Shown: piece after piece, positions 61,915 through 64,000 of the stretch
Position numbering within the stretch: position 1 is the first letter of the stretch
Layout: each line of letters begins with the position of its first letter
Assembly (NCBI RefSeq): GCF_006345805.1
Contig: NC_043014.1
Coordinates: 11,656,001-11,720,000 of the forward strand
Reading direction: 5' to 3'
From: Octopus sinensis
Taxonomy: Eukaryota
DNA length: 64,000 nucleotides
Position numbers and translations under genes: made by a program
The notes under the pieces: generated by a model
What the model was told of the DNA's origin: nothing
The model's input: only the letters and a program-made list of their open reading frames with translations
Databases searched by the model: none

Positions 61915-62172
61915 CACCAAAGGATCAAATGTCCGTTTTGGGTCATAGACGCGTAAAGGCCGTGTTTCCGGATTCTATGGCTTACATATTCTCCCCCTCC
62001 TATCCTGGATGAGGCGTTGGTCCACCGCAGGATTACTTGTTTTTGCCAGCTGAGTTGACTGGAGCAATATGAAATAAAGAGTTTTACTGAAGAACACCAT
62101 ACATCGCCCGGTCCAGGAATTGAAACCACAATCCTGCGATCATGAGTACAACATCCTAACCACTAAGCCACA
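61915..62172 (-). mobile_element. diverged SINE family C-like copy
   Basis: rc CGTGTGGCTTAGTGGTTAGGATG..TTCAATTCCTGGACCGGGCG. Confidence 0.75.
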
Positions 62173-62198
62173 CGAAGTAACTTACGATTATGAGGACG

Positions 62199-62237
<39 letters not shown>

Positions 62238-62459
62238 AGAAAGAAGAAAGAAAGAAAGAAAGAAAGAAAAAAAGAAAGAAAGAAGATAGAGTCGCAAAAA
62301 TATATAAAAACTTACTGTTAACAAAAGTCGGGATGCGTGGTGACACCAAATAAGAAATGTTTAAGTATCTTCTGCTAATCTCCTATAGCCTCGGGCCGAC
62401 CAAAACCTTTTGAGGGAAACTGAAAGAAGCTATCGTGTATAGGCTTCTGACGTACGCAC

Positions 62460-62700
62460 ATCCATCCATCCATCCATCCATCCATCCATCCATACAGACA
62501 CACATATGTATGTATTACGTATGTATGTATGTATGAATGTATGTGTGTGTGTGTGCGCGTCTGTGTGTATGTATGAATGTGTGTGAGTGTGAGCGTGTGC
62601 GTGTGTGTATGTGTGTGTGGTGTGTGTGTATGTGTGTTGTGTGTGTGTGTGTGTGTGTGTGTGTATGGTGTGTGTGTGTGTGTTGGTGTGTGTGTGTATG

Positions 62701-62742
<42 letters not shown>

Positions 62743-62901
62743 TGTGTGTGTATGTGTGTGTGTGTGTGTGTGTATGTGTGTGTGTGTGTGTGTGTGTGGT
62801 TGTGTGTGTGTGTGTGTGTGTGGTGTGTGTGTATGTGTGCGTGTGTGTGTGTATGTGTGAGTGTGAGTGTGTGCGTGTGTGTATGTGTGTGTGTGTGTGT
62901 G

Positions 62902-62951
<50 letters not shown>

Positions 62952-63635
62952 TGTTCCTTGCGCTTGTCCCTGTTGTGTTTGTCCCTCACCGACGATTCAT
63001 AATCTGTGTTTTTACGTCCTCGAAAACTTAGCGGTTCGGCAAGGGGGGGGGGGCGGCGATAGAATGAGAACCAACAAGTACCAAAATTTAAAGTAAGTAC
63101 TGGAGTCGATTCGTTCGATTAAAATTCTTCATGGTGGTGCCTCAGCATGGCCGCAGTTGAATAACCGAAACAAGTAAAATATAAAACATACATACACACA
63201 TACATACATAAATACATACATACATACATACATACATACATACACATACATACATAAATACAAACATACATACATACAAACATACATACAAACATACATA
63301 CATACATACATACATACATACATACAAACATACATACATACATACATACATACAAACATACATACATACATACACATACACACACATACACACATACATA
63401 CACACATACATACATACATACATAAATACATACATACATACATACATACATACATACCTACATACAACTACACACACATACATACATACATACTGCATAC
63501 AAACAAACATACATACAATACATACATACATACATACATACTCCATACATACATACCCATACACACATACATACAACTACATACATACATACATACATAC
63601 ACATACATACATACATACATACATACATACATACT
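62460..63635. repeat. long (TG)n and (CATA)n microsatellites within and around SINE-A fragments
   Basis: direct inspection. Confidence 0.93.
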
Positions 63636-64000
63636 GGAGTGTCTGTGTGATAAGTAGCTTGCTTACCAACCACATGGTGCTGGGTTCCGTCCCACTGCGT
63701 GGCACCTTGGGTTAGTGCCTTCTACCATAGCCTCGGGCTGACCTTGTGAGTGGATTCGGTAGACGGAAACTGAAAGAAGCCTGTTGTATATATATATATA
63801 TATATGTGCGTGTGTTGTGTGTGTGTGTGTGTGTATGTTTGTGTGTATGTTTGTGTGTCTGTTTGTTCCCCCAACATCACTTGACAACCGATGCTGGTGT
63901 GTTTACGTCCCCGTCACTTAGCGGTTCGGCAAGAGAGACCCATAGAATAAGTACTAGGCTTACAAAGAATAAGTTCTGGGTCGATTTGCTTGACTAAAAG
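63635..64000 (+). mobile_element. SINE family A, runs off the window end
   Basis: head, centre and partial tail. Confidence 0.88.

Overview
This is an AT-rich, repeat-saturated animal genomic window with one 100-N scaffold gap at 47073-47172. The SINE and microsatellite content is most consistent with an octopus (coleoid cephalopod); this is inferred, not database-checked. No intact protein-coding gene can be supported: almost all ORF-track entries are microsatellite or SINE read-through artefacts, and only a few low-confidence candidate exons remain. The window contains (i) dozens of copies of three main tRNA-headed SINE families, labelled A, B and C here (I cannot map them with certainty onto the published octopus OK/OR1/OR2 names); (ii) decayed retroelements: Gypsy integrase, CR1 LINE ends, a Tx1/L1-like RT, two adjacent R4/NeSL-type REL-endonuclease elements, an RTE-type tail and two Penelope-like GIY-YIG relics; (iii) mariner and hAT relics, Helitrons and several MITEs or foldbacks. 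Three observations stand out. First, at least nine hammerhead-ribozyme-like motifs occur, with different but self-complementary stems and short palindromic stem III; one is an essentially complete type I hammerhead inside a 14-bp closing helix (31859-31966, minus). Second, a two-copy composite element (family D) joins a tRNA-like Pol III head to a hammerhead-bearing Penelope-type tail and has a fold-back hairpin at its 5' end, which suggests a SINE mobilised by Penelope-like machinery. Third, SINE-B forms concatemers with recurrent fixed junctions at independent loci, including a dimer and a 10-mer that are each bracketed by a single target-site duplication.
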